A DNA stretch of 58,398 nt, from the NCBI GenBank assembly GCA_947446585.1, contig CANFGZ010000001.1, positions 1-58,398 on the forward strand, given 5' to 3'. Shown one piece after another: positions 38,736-48,569 of this stretch. This DNA is from Chitinophagaceae bacterium (lineage in GTDB: Bacteria > Bacteroidota > Bacteroidia > Chitinophagales > Chitinophagaceae). Numbering within the stretch: position 1 is the stretch's first letter; the number at the start of each line of letters is the position of its first letter. The notes under the pieces are model-generated. The model was not told the origin of the DNA and searched no databases. It saw nothing but the letters and a program-made list of their open reading frames with translations. Position numbers and translations under genes: made by a program.

Positions 38736-40451
38736 ATGAAACATTCTATAGCCTTAAAAATATTCAGTCTTGCCGTTTTAATTCTTATCATGATGATTGT
38801 TGTTGCATTCGTCAACAGTGTTGAAGTAATTAAACTTGGGAGTGAAGTTGAAGGTATTTCAAGAATAGATATGCCTATTGCCAGTCATTCTGCAGATTTG
38901 AATGAAGCCGGATTACGCAGACGTATTGCCTTTGAACGCCTGTATCGTGAATATGCGGAACCAGTACCCGATACTACAGTTATAAATGAAGCTGAAATTA
39001 ATTTTAAGAAATTTACGCTCGGGGTTAAGGATAAAATAAAATTACTAAGAAGTGATCTTGATACCATTCCTGATAATAGAGGCGATCAGGAATTATTTAT
39101 ACAGGCCCGTGAATTAGTTGCAGAAATAGAAACAACACTCGAACAACAAACAGAAATTGTTACTAATATTCTAAAGGCAAGAAAAGCAAAAGATGGTAAT
39201 GAGAATAAAGAGCTCATGAACATTAACGTGAAATTGCAATCTAATCTTCAGGATAACAGATCAAAACTTCAGGGCCTGGCTCAGCATATTGCTGAAGATG
39301 CTGTAATAAGAACAAAAAAGAGCGAGATGCGTGTGTTGTGGAGCAGCCTTACCATAACTCTTCTTGCACTTTTTTTAGGCCTATGGGGAGCATGGGTGCT
39401 TTCTAAAAGACTGGCCAGGCCAATTTTACAATTGCTGCAATCTACAAAAGATGTTCAGGGCGGTAATCTTTCAGTAAATATTGTAAACCTGCCTGAAGAT
39501 GAAATTGGACAGCTGGGAGATAGTTTAAATAAAATGATTGAAGAACTTCGAAGAAAGGAAGCACTTCAAAATATGATTAGCACTTATATAGATCCGCGTA
39601 TTGTAGAAAAAATTATTATTCCAGGTCGTGCAGAAATACTTGCCGGACAGCGACAAACTATGACGGTCATGTTTACCGACCTTCAAGGTTTCACAAAAAT
39701 TGGAGAACAACTTTCACCAACGGGACTGGTTAAATTAACCAACCGTTATTTTACTATAATGACAGAATGTATTCAGGCTGAGCATGGCATTATTGATAAA
39801 TTTATCGGCGATGCTATCATGGCTTACTGGGGTCCTCCTTTTATTAGTGAAGACGAACAGGCTGCCGCGGCTTGCAGAGCCGCCTTAAGACAAAAAGAAG
39901 CACAGATAAAATTTAGAAATGAACTTCCTGAATTATTGGGCCTGAGAAAAGACTTGCCGCATATAAATATACGAATTGGCATTGCTACCGGTGAAGTTGT
40001 TGTGGGTAATATCGGAAGCGACACCACCAGAAGTTATACCGTTATGGGAGATGTGGTAAATCTTGCTTCAAGACTTGAAACAGCAAATAGTCAATATGGT
40101 ACTATGATTTTGATTTCCGATGTTACAATGCGCATGGCAGAAACACAGATGGAATCTCGCGAGATTGATAAAATTGTATTTAAAGGAAAATCGGAACCCG
40201 TAAAAGTATTTGAATTGCTTTCATCAGAAGGAAGCCTCTCTTCCGAAATGAATGAGCAAAGAAAAAGGTTCAGCGAAGGACTGGAAGCTTATAGAAAACA
40301 GGATTGGCTGGCCGCTGAAGCTATTTTTAAAGAACTGGTTGATAAATACGATGATAAACCTGCTCATACTTTTATGAAAAGAATTGCTATGTTTGAAACT
40401 CATAATATTGGTCAGGGATGGGATGGAGTGTGGAGAATGACTTCGAAGTGA
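38736..40451 (+). CDS. Membrane-anchored class III adenylate cyclase with sensor and HAMP domains
   Basis: Two TMs, HAMP (DEIGQLG..LNKM), FTDLQGFT, DKFIGDAIMA, YTVMGDVVNLASRLE. Confidence 0.93.
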   Translation: MKHSIALKIFSLAVLILIMMIVVAFVNSVEVIKLGSEVEGISRIDMPIASHSADLNEAGLRRRIAFERLYREYAEPVPDTTVINEAEINFKKFTLGVKDKIKLLRSDLDTIPDNRGDQELFIQARELVAEIETTLEQQTEIVTNILKARKAKDGNENKELMNINVKLQSNLQDNRSKLQGLAQHIAEDAVIRTKKSEMRVLWSSLTITLLALFLGLWGAWVLSKRLARPILQLLQSTKDVQGGNLSVNIVNLPEDEIGQLGDSLNKMIEELRRKEALQNMISTYIDPRIVEKIIIPGRAEILAGQRQTMTVMFTDLQGFTKIGEQLSPTGLVKLTNRYFTIMTECIQAEHGIIDKFIGDAIMAYWGPPFISEDEQAAAACRAALRQKEAQIKFRNELPELLGLRKDLPHINIRIGIATGEVVVGNIGSDTTRSYTVMGDVVNLASRLETANSQYGTMILISDVTMRMAETQMESREIDKIVFKGKSEPVKVFELLSSEGSLSSEMNEQRKRFSEGLEAYRKQDWLAAEAIFKELVDKYDDKPAHTFMKRIAMFETHNIGQGWDGVWRMTSK

Positions 40452-40723
40452 TTATAAAACTGGAATTGTTGATTTTCACATGGAGACACGTTAAAATCAC
40501 CCTAAGAAATAGAGTTGATTTTATATTTTAATACATTCTACCATTTAAACGGTGGAATGCATAGACTTTGTGAAAAAAATCAAAATCACCTGTTGATTTT
40601 CACATTTTTTGAACTAACTGGTTTCATCTAAAGCAGAAAGACTTTGTCTTAACTTTCATCAATCATAAAATAATTGGCGCCGGTCTACCGACCGGTGTCA
40701 AAAACCCTACAAACCAAACATCA

Positions 40724-41245
40724 ATGAATATCATCCTCGAAACAAAAAGGTTTTATATCAGAGAACTCCTCGAATCTGATGTAGATGGGTTTTTCGAACT
40801 TGATTCAGATCCTGAAGTACATCGCTATCTAGGCAGAGAACCTGTTACCGACAAAAATAAATTACTTGATGTTATTAAATATGTTCAAAAACAATACATC
40901 GATAACGGCATTGGCAGATGGGCGATTATTGATAAGGAAACCAATAAATTTATTGGCTGGACCGGATTGAAACTGGTAAAAGAAAATATCAACAACCAAA
41001 CCAATTATTATGATTTGGGTTATCGTTTGATTCGCAAATACTGGGGAAAAGGAATCGCTACCGAAACTGCAAAAGCGTCTATTGACTATGGCTTCAATGT
41101 TTTAAAACTCAAAGAAATAATCGCCACCATACATTATGATAATGTAGCTTCCAATAATGTGGCAAGAAAACTAGGATTTGAATTTATTGAAACTTTTGAT
41201 TTTGAAGGAGATTTGCACAACTGGTATAAACTGGAAAATAAATAA
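40724..41245 (+). CDS. GNAT N-acetyltransferase (RimJ/RimL type)
   Basis: LETKRF, IGWTGL, DLGYRL..YWGKGIATE, NVASNNV..KLGF. Confidence 0.92.
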   Translation: MNIILETKRFYIRELLESDVDGFFELDSDPEVHRYLGREPVTDKNKLLDVIKYVQKQYIDNGIGRWAIIDKETNKFIGWTGLKLVKENINNQTNYYDLGYRLIRKYWGKGIATETAKASIDYGFNVLKLKEIIATIHYDNVASNNVARKLGFEFIETFDFEGDLHNWYKLENK

Positions 41246-41247
41246 AC

Positions 41248-41418
41248 ATGTTTTACCTTTTTCTTCGCGTTTTTCTAATTCCAATTCTTTTGCTTGGATA
41301 TGTTCTGTTTCAGATTTTTGTTAAAAAGAAAAAGCTTCAGGAAATTAAAATTGATACGTTTTATGTGATCATTTTTATCGTTATTATATTTTTGATTTAC
41401 TATTTTATTATTAAATGA
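41248..41418 (+). CDS. Small two-TM membrane protein (56 aa; not in ORF track)
   Basis: MFYLFLRVFLIPILLLGYVLFQIFVKKKKLQEIKIDTFYVIIFIVIIFLIYYFIIK; starts 2 nt after the GNAT stop; ATGA overlap with next ORF. Confidence 0.65.
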   Translation: MFYLFLRVFLIPILLLGYVLFQIFVKKKKLQEIKIDTFYVIIFIVIIFLIYYFIIK

Positions 41419-41627
41419 CCGAAAATTTTAAAGATACCATTGGTGAAATATTTTGGTTCACCATGTTTTTAGCTCCTATTATTATTATGTTTTTCGTTTG
41501 GAAATTTTTAAAAATCGAGAAAATATATCGTATTATCATTGGAATCATTTTAGGGCTTTTTATTTCGTTGCTATGTTATTATATCAGTATGGGTATTATT
41601 TTTAGAAATGGTATGGGGCCAGTGTGA
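41415..41627 (+). CDS. Small two-TM membrane protein
   Basis: 70 aa with two hydrophobic segments. Confidence 0.65.
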   Translation: MTENFKDTIGEIFWFTMFLAPIIIMFFVWKFLKIEKIYRIIIGIILGLFISLLCYYISMGIIFRNGMGPV

Positions 41628-41653
41628 GTTCATCAGATTCGGGATTATTTTAT

Positions 41654-41756
41654 TAAGTTTGATAAATAATTTCAGTGGAGTCTTTTTAACCACTTTAAAA
41701 AATGAGGCGCAACCGAAAAGCCTTACGAGTAGGATTAATCATTTAATAATTTAAAA
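41654..41756 (+). promoter_or_regulatory. Promoter (TAAGTTTG) and structured 5' leader, possibly a DUF805-type RNA motif
   Basis: AGTGG/CCACT stem enclosing AGTC, then AGGC/GCCT and CCT-TACGAGT-AGG; GC-rich patch in an AT-rich UTR. Confidence 0.5.
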
Positions 41757-42095
41757 ATGGATGCTCAAAAAGTCGACATGTTTATTCTAACCAATGCGAA
41801 ATTCTTCGAAAGTCATCATGTGGCAGCAATCAGAGATAGACTTATTGCTATGGATGATTCAAAATGGGTTTCGGTTTCTACGATTCAATTTAAAGATCCA
41901 ACCACAAGTTTAATCGTTTCTATTCTGGCAGGGTCTTTAGGTATCGACCGTTTTATTATCGGAGATACAGGAATGGGTGTTGGAAAATTATTGACTTGTG
42001 GTGGATTGGGAATCTGGGCAATCGTAGATTGGTTTATGATTCAAGGGGCAACTCGTGAAAAAAACATGCAGAAGTTACAGCAATTTTTATATTAA
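41757..42095 (+). CDS. TM2 domain-containing protein
   Basis: KDPTTSLIVSIL.G.LGIDRF..G..G.GVGKLLTCGGLGIWAIVDW. Confidence 0.92.
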   Translation: MDAQKVDMFILTNAKFFESHHVAAIRDRLIAMDDSKWVSVSTIQFKDPTTSLIVSILAGSLGIDRFIIGDTGMGVGKLLTCGGLGIWAIVDWFMIQGATREKNMQKLQQFLY

Positions 42096-42514
42096 TGTCA
42101 ATCAGCAGGAACAGATTATATCTTATTATTTTCATTGCCTGTATGGCAGGATATGTTTGGTTAATAATGAATTGGTTATTTCCGCCAGTTCATCATTCCA
42201 AAGAAACAAGTATTTGTTTACTAAAACATTTTACAAACATCCCCTGTCCTTCTTGTGGTTCTACAAGGTCTTTACTTTCCATTTTAAATGGCAATTTTTT
42301 ACAGGGATTTTATTTGAATCCTTTAGGTTATGTTTTATTAATGATTATGATTGCTGCTCCCATTTGGATTGTTTATGATTGGATAAAAAAATCACAATCA
42401 CTACTTATCTTCTATAAAAAGACAGAGGTTTTTCTTTCTAAAAAAACAGTTGCTATACCTGCAATTTTTTTGATATTAATAAACTGGGCCTGGAATATTT
42501 ATAAAGGCATTTAA
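42095..42514 (+). CDS. DUF2752 family membrane protein
   Basis: ICLLK.FT.IPCPSCGSTRS..ILNG.F......NPLG. Confidence 0.9.
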   Translation: MSISRNRLYLIIFIACMAGYVWLIMNWLFPPVHHSKETSICLLKHFTNIPCPSCGSTRSLLSILNGNFLQGFYLNPLGYVLLMIMIAAPIWIVYDWIKKSQSLLIFYKKTEVFLSKKTVAIPAIFLILINWAWNIYKGI

Positions 42515-42516
42515 TT

Positions 42517-42942
42517 ATGGAAAATAATTTTGAGTATCAACCAAGCGACCACGAAGCCGAAAAAGCTTCTAACAGTTATCTAATGTCACTTATTGCTTTA
42601 ATTGCAGGTATGCCTTTGCCTATCATTAATTTGATTGCTTCTCTCATCTTTTTTATCGGCAACCGCAAAGGCACTTATTTTGTAAGATGGCATTGTACAC
42701 AAGCTTTATTGTCTCAATTTTCTTTGCTTTTTATAAATAGCTTTGGATTCTGGTGGACACTTTCCATCATGTTCGGACCAGAAACTATTAGTAGTAAATA
42801 CATCGCCTATATCATCACCATGTTGATATTTAATATCAGTGAATTTATCGCCACAATTTATTCCGCCATTCAAACCCGAAAGGGCATTCATGTAAAATGG
42901 TTTTTTTATGGCAATCTTACCAACTTAATTTGCAAAGCCTGA
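42517..42942 (+). CDS. DUF4870-like membrane protein
   Basis: GMPLPIINLIA, FVRWHCTQALLSQ; three TMs. Confidence 0.75.
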   Translation: MENNFEYQPSDHEAEKASNSYLMSLIALIAGMPLPIINLIASLIFFIGNRKGTYFVRWHCTQALLSQFSLLFINSFGFWWTLSIMFGPETISSKYIAYIITMLIFNISEFIATIYSAIQTRKGIHVKWFFYGNLTNLICKA

Positions 42943-42943
42943 T

Positions 42944-43741
42944 ATGAAAAAAATAATCTTTCAATTTGTTGTTTTGGTAGCATTGTTTTTTGGACTTTGG
43001 TTTGCATTAAAGAGCATCAACTGGATGTCTGTTTTTAAAATTGAAAAATTAACGGATGACACTGAAATAAAAATTGGTAAAACTGTTTGGGATTTGTATA
43101 AAAAAACCGAAAAAGAAAATAAAGAGGAGAAAGCAGTAATAGCAATTGATAGTATCGTTGATAGAATTTGCTCAAAAAACAATATCAATAGAGAAACCAT
43201 CAAAGTCCACATTATTATTAAAGACGACATCAATGCATTTGCTATGCCCGGTGGTCACTTAGTAGTTTATAGTGGTTTAATAACCGCTTCAGACAATCCC
43301 GATGAATTAGCAGGTGTACTTGCTCATGAAATATCACACATTGAACTTGGCCATGTGATGAAAAAATTAATTAAAGAAGTTGGTCTTTCTGTACTGATAT
43401 CAATGACTTCAGGAAATAGTGGCGGAGAAACTATAAAACAAGTTTCTAAAATACTTTCTTCTTCTGCATTCGATCGTAAACTTGAAAAAGAAGCAGACAT
43501 CAGTGCCGTAGAATATTTGATTAATGCAAATATCAATCCTGAACCACTTGCTGAATTTTTATACAAACTGGCTGAAAATAAAAAAGATGAGACTTCTTAT
43601 GAAAGCTGGTTGAGTACACACCCTGATTCGAAAAAAAGAGCCGAATATATTTTAGCATACAGCAAGAACAAATTAAAAAATCCGCAACCGGCATTAAGTG
43701 ATACAAGCTGGAAAATCTTAAAGGAAAATGCTGCAGATTAA
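42944..43741 (+). CDS. M48 family Zn metallopeptidase
   Basis: NAFAMPGG, ELAGVLAHEISH, EKEAD, LSTHP. Confidence 0.93.
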   Translation: MKKIIFQFVVLVALFFGLWFALKSINWMSVFKIEKLTDDTEIKIGKTVWDLYKKTEKENKEEKAVIAIDSIVDRICSKNNINRETIKVHIIIKDDINAFAMPGGHLVVYSGLITASDNPDELAGVLAHEISHIELGHVMKKLIKEVGLSVLISMTSGNSGGETIKQVSKILSSSAFDRKLEKEADISAVEYLINANINPEPLAEFLYKLAENKKDETSYESWLSTHPDSKKRAEYILAYSKNKLKNPQPALSDTSWKILKENAAD

Positions 43742-43765
43742 TTTTATAGTAATTACAATTACATT

Positions 43766-44182
43766 ATGAAAAATAAAGTAATAAACAACATCCTTATCAT
43801 TTTGTCTTCTTTATTTATTGGAAGCTTGATCAACATGGGTATTATATTATTAGGGCCTCATATAATTCCTCCACCAAATGGTGTTGATGTTACCACAATA
43901 GAAGGATTAAAAGCATCTATGCATTTGTTTCAACCCAAACATTTTTTATTTCCTTTTATGGCACATGCTATAGGTACATTTGCAGGCGCTTTTATTGCTG
44001 CAAAAATTTCTAAAATCAATAAAATGAGAAACGCAATGATCGTTGGGTTGTTATTTCTTGTGGGTGGCGCTTCAGATGTTTTTTTACTGCCAAGTCCATT
44101 ATGGTTTGCCTTAAGCGATTTGATAGTTGCTTATCTACCTATGGCTTATTTTGCAGGAAAATTGGCTATTAAAAAATCATAA
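43766..44182 (+). CDS. Hypothetical membrane protein
   Basis: Four TMs; IPPPNGVD, HFLFPFMAHAIGT, PLWF..DL..AYLP. Confidence 0.8.
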   Translation: MKNKVINNILIILSSLFIGSLINMGIILLGPHIIPPPNGVDVTTIEGLKASMHLFQPKHFLFPFMAHAIGTFAGAFIAAKISKINKMRNAMIVGLLFLVGGASDVFLLPSPLWFALSDLIVAYLPMAYFAGKLAIKKS

Positions 44183-44229
44183 TCGTTGGTTTTGATTAAC
44201 AAATTTTATTTTAATTAAAATAACAAACA

Positions 44230-44901
44230 ATGTCCATGGAAAATAGCTCTGAAAATAAGTTTGGTATATTAAACATTATGGTATTTGTTCTTTCTATCTA
44301 TGTGTTAGGATCATTGGTTGTTGATACCATGATTAAGTTGCCTTATGAAACACAAGAGCTCTTATTATATATTGATCATACCATTTGTGCATTTTTCTTC
44401 TTTGAATTTTGTTATCATTTTTATTATGCAAAAAACAAAATGAAATATATGCAATGGGGTTGGATAGATTTATTATCGAGCATTCCAATGGTGGGTTACT
44501 TCAGAGTAGGACGAGTGTTCCGTTTAATAAGATTAATAAGAGTAGTGCGGGCATTTAAGTCAACAAAAAGCCTGGTCAATCATATTTTTGCCAACAAAAT
44601 TTATGGTACACTGACTTCTGTATTGGTGATTGCTATACTGCTTGTTATTTTTTCTTCCATAGCAATTTTACAAGTTGAACATGATCCAAACAGCAACATC
44701 AAAACTGCCGGAGATGCCATTTGGTGGGCTTATGTTACCATTACTACTGTAGGTTATGGAGACAGATATCCCGTAACTGCAGAAGGAAGAATTTTAGCTG
44801 CCGTATTAATGACAGCAGGTGTTGGATTATTTGGAACATTTACTGCTTATATAGCTTCCTGGTTTGTTACCGAAAGAAAAAATACTGAAGAAAAAATATA
44901 G
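44230..44901 (+). CDS. Voltage-gated-type potassium channel
   Basis: S4 repeat FRVGRVFRLIRLIRVVR; selectivity filter TITTVGYGD. Confidence 0.93.
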   Translation: MSMENSSENKFGILNIMVFVLSIYVLGSLVVDTMIKLPYETQELLLYIDHTICAFFFFEFCYHFYYAKNKMKYMQWGWIDLLSSIPMVGYFRVGRVFRLIRLIRVVRAFKSTKSLVNHIFANKIYGTLTSVLVIAILLVIFSSIAILQVEHDPNSNIKTAGDAIWWAYVTITTVGYGDRYPVTAEGRILAAVLMTAGVGLFGTFTAYIASWFVTERKNTEEKI

Positions 44902-44963
44902 TTTTAGATTTTTATTATTGTTTTCCCAAGTTCTACCCGTAAAATAATATTCACTCATTTACC

Positions 44964-45896
44964 ATGCTTTTAAAAAAACATTACATAAATACACCGCTAT
45001 TCCCTTCTCCATCCCTAAAAAGCAAATATGGTTTGAATGTTATTTATAAGATGGAATGTTACCAGCCTTCTGGTTCTTTTAAGATAAGAGGGATGGACCA
45101 TTTTTTAAAAGAAATTTATTCTCAAGGCTATAAAAAAGTAATCGCTTCTTCTGGAGGAAACGCCGGCTACTCTTTAGCGTATGTAGGAAACAAAATGGGT
45201 ATTAAAGTGCAAATTATTGTTCCCGAATCTACTTCTGAATACATGATTAATAAAATAAAATTACTCGGTGCAGAAGTGTTGATTTATGGTAAAGACTTTG
45301 ATGAGGCCAATGCTTATGCCATTCAATTATCCAAAGAATCGGATTTGCCTTTTGTTTCCCCTTTCGATCATCCTTTATTATGGCAAGGCCATTCAACATT
45401 AATAGACGAATGTGCAGCCGAATTGAAAGAACCAGACCGTATTATAGTAGCTGTAGGTGGTGGTGGTTTGTTGTGCGGAATCTTTGAAGGTTTAGTAAGA
45501 AATAATTGGTTGAATACTAAAGTTGTTACCGCAGAAACCGAAGGTGCCGCCTCCTTCGCAAAAAGTAAATTGGAAAATAAATTAATCACGTTATCAGAAA
45601 TAAACACCATCGCTACCAGTCTTGGTGCAAAAAAAATTACACCAAAAGCACTCGAATACGCTTCTTCATTTAATGTGGAAACTTATGTAACCAATGATTC
45701 AGTAGCATTTACTGCCTGTAAAGATTTTTTTGATGAATATCATGTATTGGTAGAACCAGCCTGCGGTGCTGCGCTTTCATACCTAAAAGCAAAGCATAAC
45801 GAAATTTATTCCAATGAAAATATTTTAGTTATTGTTTGTGGCGGCGTGAATATGGGAATGGAAAAATATCTGGAATATGCAGAGAAATTTAAATGA
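44964..45896 (+). CDS. PLP-dependent L-serine/threonine dehydratase (SDS-like)
   Basis: QPSGSFKIRG, SSGGNAG, PFDHP, VGGGGLLCG, VEPACGAAL, VIVCGG. Confidence 0.88.
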   Translation: MLLKKHYINTPLFPSPSLKSKYGLNVIYKMECYQPSGSFKIRGMDHFLKEIYSQGYKKVIASSGGNAGYSLAYVGNKMGIKVQIIVPESTSEYMINKIKLLGAEVLIYGKDFDEANAYAIQLSKESDLPFVSPFDHPLLWQGHSTLIDECAAELKEPDRIIVAVGGGGLLCGIFEGLVRNNWLNTKVVTAETEGAASFAKSKLENKLITLSEINTIATSLGAKKITPKALEYASSFNVETYVTNDSVAFTACKDFFDEYHVLVEPACGAALSYLKAKHNEIYSNENILVIVCGGVNMGMEKYLEYAEKFK

Positions 45897-45898
45897 AA

Positions 45899-47101
45899 TT
45901 AAGGTGCCGTATAATATTCTACCACTCCATCTATAATTACAGAAGTTACATTAGTAGTATACTCAAAAGGATCTCCATTAAATAAAACAAGATCTGCATC
46001 CTTTCCTTTTTCTATACTCCCTACTCTATTGTCAATCCCTAATAATTTTGCAGGGTTTATTGTAACAGCCTTTAATCCTTCATCAAAACTTAATCCATAA
46101 GCAACTGCTTCGGCTGCTTCAAACAATATTACTCTTGTTTTAGGAACATAAGATTCATATCCACTTTCAATAGAAACGGTTATTCCTGCTTTTGTTAAAA
46201 GCATTGCGGACTCTCTGTTCATGTTGATCATACCATCATCATTGCGCGCCATTGTTGCATGCAAAATAACTTCCGCTTTTGAGGCTTTAATTTCATTAAT
46301 TAAAAGATACGCTTCTGCTGCACCGTCAATCACCAGTTTAAGATTAAATTCTTTTGACAATCTGATTGCATTCATTATATCCACTGATTTGTTGGCTGTA
46401 ATCAGCGCTTTTATTTCTCCTTTCAGCATTTTAGAAAGAGCATCCATTTTTAAATCGAAGGTTGGTCTTTTAGTTGAATCTTTATCCGACATTTTTTTTA
46501 AATAATCCTGAGCCTTTAATAATTCAGTTCTAATCATAGAAATCTGTTTGGCTTTTGTTCCGGGTGAAGAAAAATTACTTGAAACCTCAGGGCCGATAGT
46601 CATCGCCAGCATAGCAAAAGGATTTATAACAACGGTTTCAATAGTACCCTTTTTTGTTTTAACAATGATAGTCTGGCCGCTTACCAATGCGCCTATTCCA
46701 TGTCCGGTATGAACGGTGGTAACGCCAAATTCTCTTACCGCCTTAACTAATTGTTCGTTGGGATTGTAAGCATCAATAGCCCTAAGCTCGGGTTGTATTG
46801 GACTTGATTTTTCAAGCTGATCCTGATCTGCAGCAACATTCATTGCACCCGACATTCCTATTACAGAACGGGCATCAATTAAACCGGGGGTAACTATTTT
46901 AGACAGATATATTTTATAGTCTTCAGGAATTTTTATTTCTGCTGCAGTGCCCACAGCTTTTATTTTTCCGTCTTTTATTAAAATAACACCTTCACGTATA
47001 GGTGAAGATGATACGGTATAAATAATTTCCGCTTTGATAGCAATTTGTGCAAATAAACTTATCGGTAATAAAAGCAGAACTATCAATTGAATTTTTTTCA
47101 T
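45899..47101 (-). CDS. Secreted amidohydrolase family protein (metal ligands degenerate)
   Basis: PGLIDARS in place of HxH; TINPAKLLG..RVGSIEKGKDADLV. Confidence 0.85.
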   Translation of the reverse strand: MKKIQLIVLLLLPISLFAQIAIKAEIIYTVSSSPIREGVILIKDGKIKAVGTAAEIKIPEDYKIYLSKIVTPGLIDARSVIGMSGAMNVAADQDQLEKSSPIQPELRAIDAYNPNEQLVKAVREFGVTTVHTGHGIGALVSGQTIIVKTKKGTIETVVINPFAMLAMTIGPEVSSNFSSPGTKAKQISMIRTELLKAQDYLKKMSDKDSTKRPTFDLKMDALSKMLKGEIKALITANKSVDIMNAIRLSKEFNLKLVIDGAAEAYLLINEIKASKAEVILHATMARNDDGMINMNRESAMLLTKAGITVSIESGYESYVPKTRVILFEAAEAVAYGLSFDEGLKAVTINPAKLLGIDNRVGSIEKGKDADLVLFNGDPFEYTTNVTSVIIDGVVEYYTAP

Positions 47102-47258
47102 CTTCTTTTAAATTTTATTGGTACCTGTTTTGAACTCGTTTTTTATTTTTTTATTAAAAGAATTTTAATTCGGGGAATTCTTTAATAAAAATGATAAGCA
47201 TTAAATTTTAACTAATAAAAATTTCTGAATGCAAAAATCAATAGGCTTTTTAACTTAA

Positions 47259-48569
47259 TTAATTTCCTTCTTCATCCTCTTCTCCATCATGATGATGAAA
47301 CTCTCCTCTGTCAGATGAATACACACCATAGCCCCCGGTTAAGAAAGCTTTATCCGCAGGAATTGTTATATCGTATCTTTTTTTTCCTTCTACCCAGGTC
47401 TGTTCTACTTTGGTATATACACTAAGTGGATCTCCCGAAAGAATAATAAAATCGGCATCTTTTCCTTTCTGTAAAGAACCAATGCTATTTGAAAGATCTA
47501 ATATTTTTGCACCTACTATTGTTAATCCTTCCAAAGCTTTTTCTCTGCTCATTCCCGCTCTAACGGAAAGGGCTGCCGATCTTAAAAATAATCTTGAATC
47601 CGTAATGCCATCATCTGTATGAAATGCAACCATGGCGCCGGCGTTTTCCAAAATACCTCCATTTTTTAATGATAAGTTTAATACTTCCATTTTACCTCCT
47701 ACTACTTCTATATTTATTATTGAACAAGGAATTCCTGCCTTTGCAATTTCATCGGCTACCATCCATCCTTCCGATAAATGATGAAGCACCAGTCTGAAAC
47801 CAAACTCCTTTGACAATCTGATGGCGGTTAAAATATCGTTCGACTTATGTGAATGAAAATGCACCACTCTTTTTCCATTAAGCACTTCAACCAGTGGTTC
47901 CATTCTCAAATCTCTTTCTGGGAGTTTGGAGCTGTCTTTTCCGGCTTTATCAATTTTGATTTTGTATTCCTGCGCTTTTAGAAAAAGTTCTCTTACCAGC
48001 GAGGCACTTTTAGCTCTGGTACCAGGAAATCCACCATTTCCTTTCATTGGGTTGGTGCCATTGGCCATTTTCATTCCACCGGTAACTCCTTTTTCATTTG
48101 TTATCAACAAATCTTCAATTATTTTTCCTTCTCTCATTTTCAAATAGGCGGTCTGACCACCCATTAAATGACCAGATCCCGGCATTACATTAATAGTAGT
48201 GATTCCGCCGGCTAATGCTTTTTTAAACCCATCACTTTTTGGATTAATAGCATCCATTGCCCGGGTTTCTGGATTTAACGGGTTGGATCCATCGCCACCA
48301 TCTGGGCCGCCAAGATGAGAATGAGTGTCAATTAAGCCAGGCATAATTATTTTTCCCGTCACATCTATTACTTCGGCAGCAGGATTTATTGCCGATCCTT
48401 CGGGCCCAATATTGATAATCTTGCCATTTTGAACAGTAAAAATTCCATTTTTTATTGGCTCTCCCGCAATTGTATAAATTAAAGCTCCTTTAAATACAAG
48501 GGGCTTTTCCTGCGAAAAAGCCGTTTTTACCATAAACAAGCTGATAAACAAAACACTTTTATTAAGCAT
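47259..48569 (-). CDS. Secreted amidohydrolase family protein
   Basis: PGLIDTHSH, KMANGTNP, HFHSH, HTDD; His/acidic tail HHHDGEEDEE. Confidence 0.88.
   Translation of the reverse strand: MLNKSVLFISLFMVKTAFSQEKPLVFKGALIYTIAGEPIKNGIFTVQNGKIINIGPEGSAINPAAEVIDVTGKIIMPGLIDTHSHLGGPDGGDGSNPLNPETRAMDAINPKSDGFKKALAGGITTINVMPGSGHLMGGQTAYLKMREGKIIEDLLITNEKGVTGGMKMANGTNPMKGNGGFPGTRAKSASLVRELFLKAQEYKIKIDKAGKDSSKLPERDLRMEPLVEVLNGKRVVHFHSHKSNDILTAIRLSKEFGFRLVLHHLSEGWMVADEIAKAGIPCSIINIEVVGGKMEVLNLSLKNGGILENAGAMVAFHTDDGITDSRLFLRSAALSVRAGMSREKALEGLTIVGAKILDLSNSIGSLQKGKDADFIILSGDPLSVYTKVEQTWVEGKKRYDITIPADKAFLTGGYGVYSSDRGEFHHHDGEEDEEGN

Noticed and set aside
40724-44901. Integron cassette array
   Set aside because: No integrase or repeated attC-like sites; genes overlap like ordinary operons
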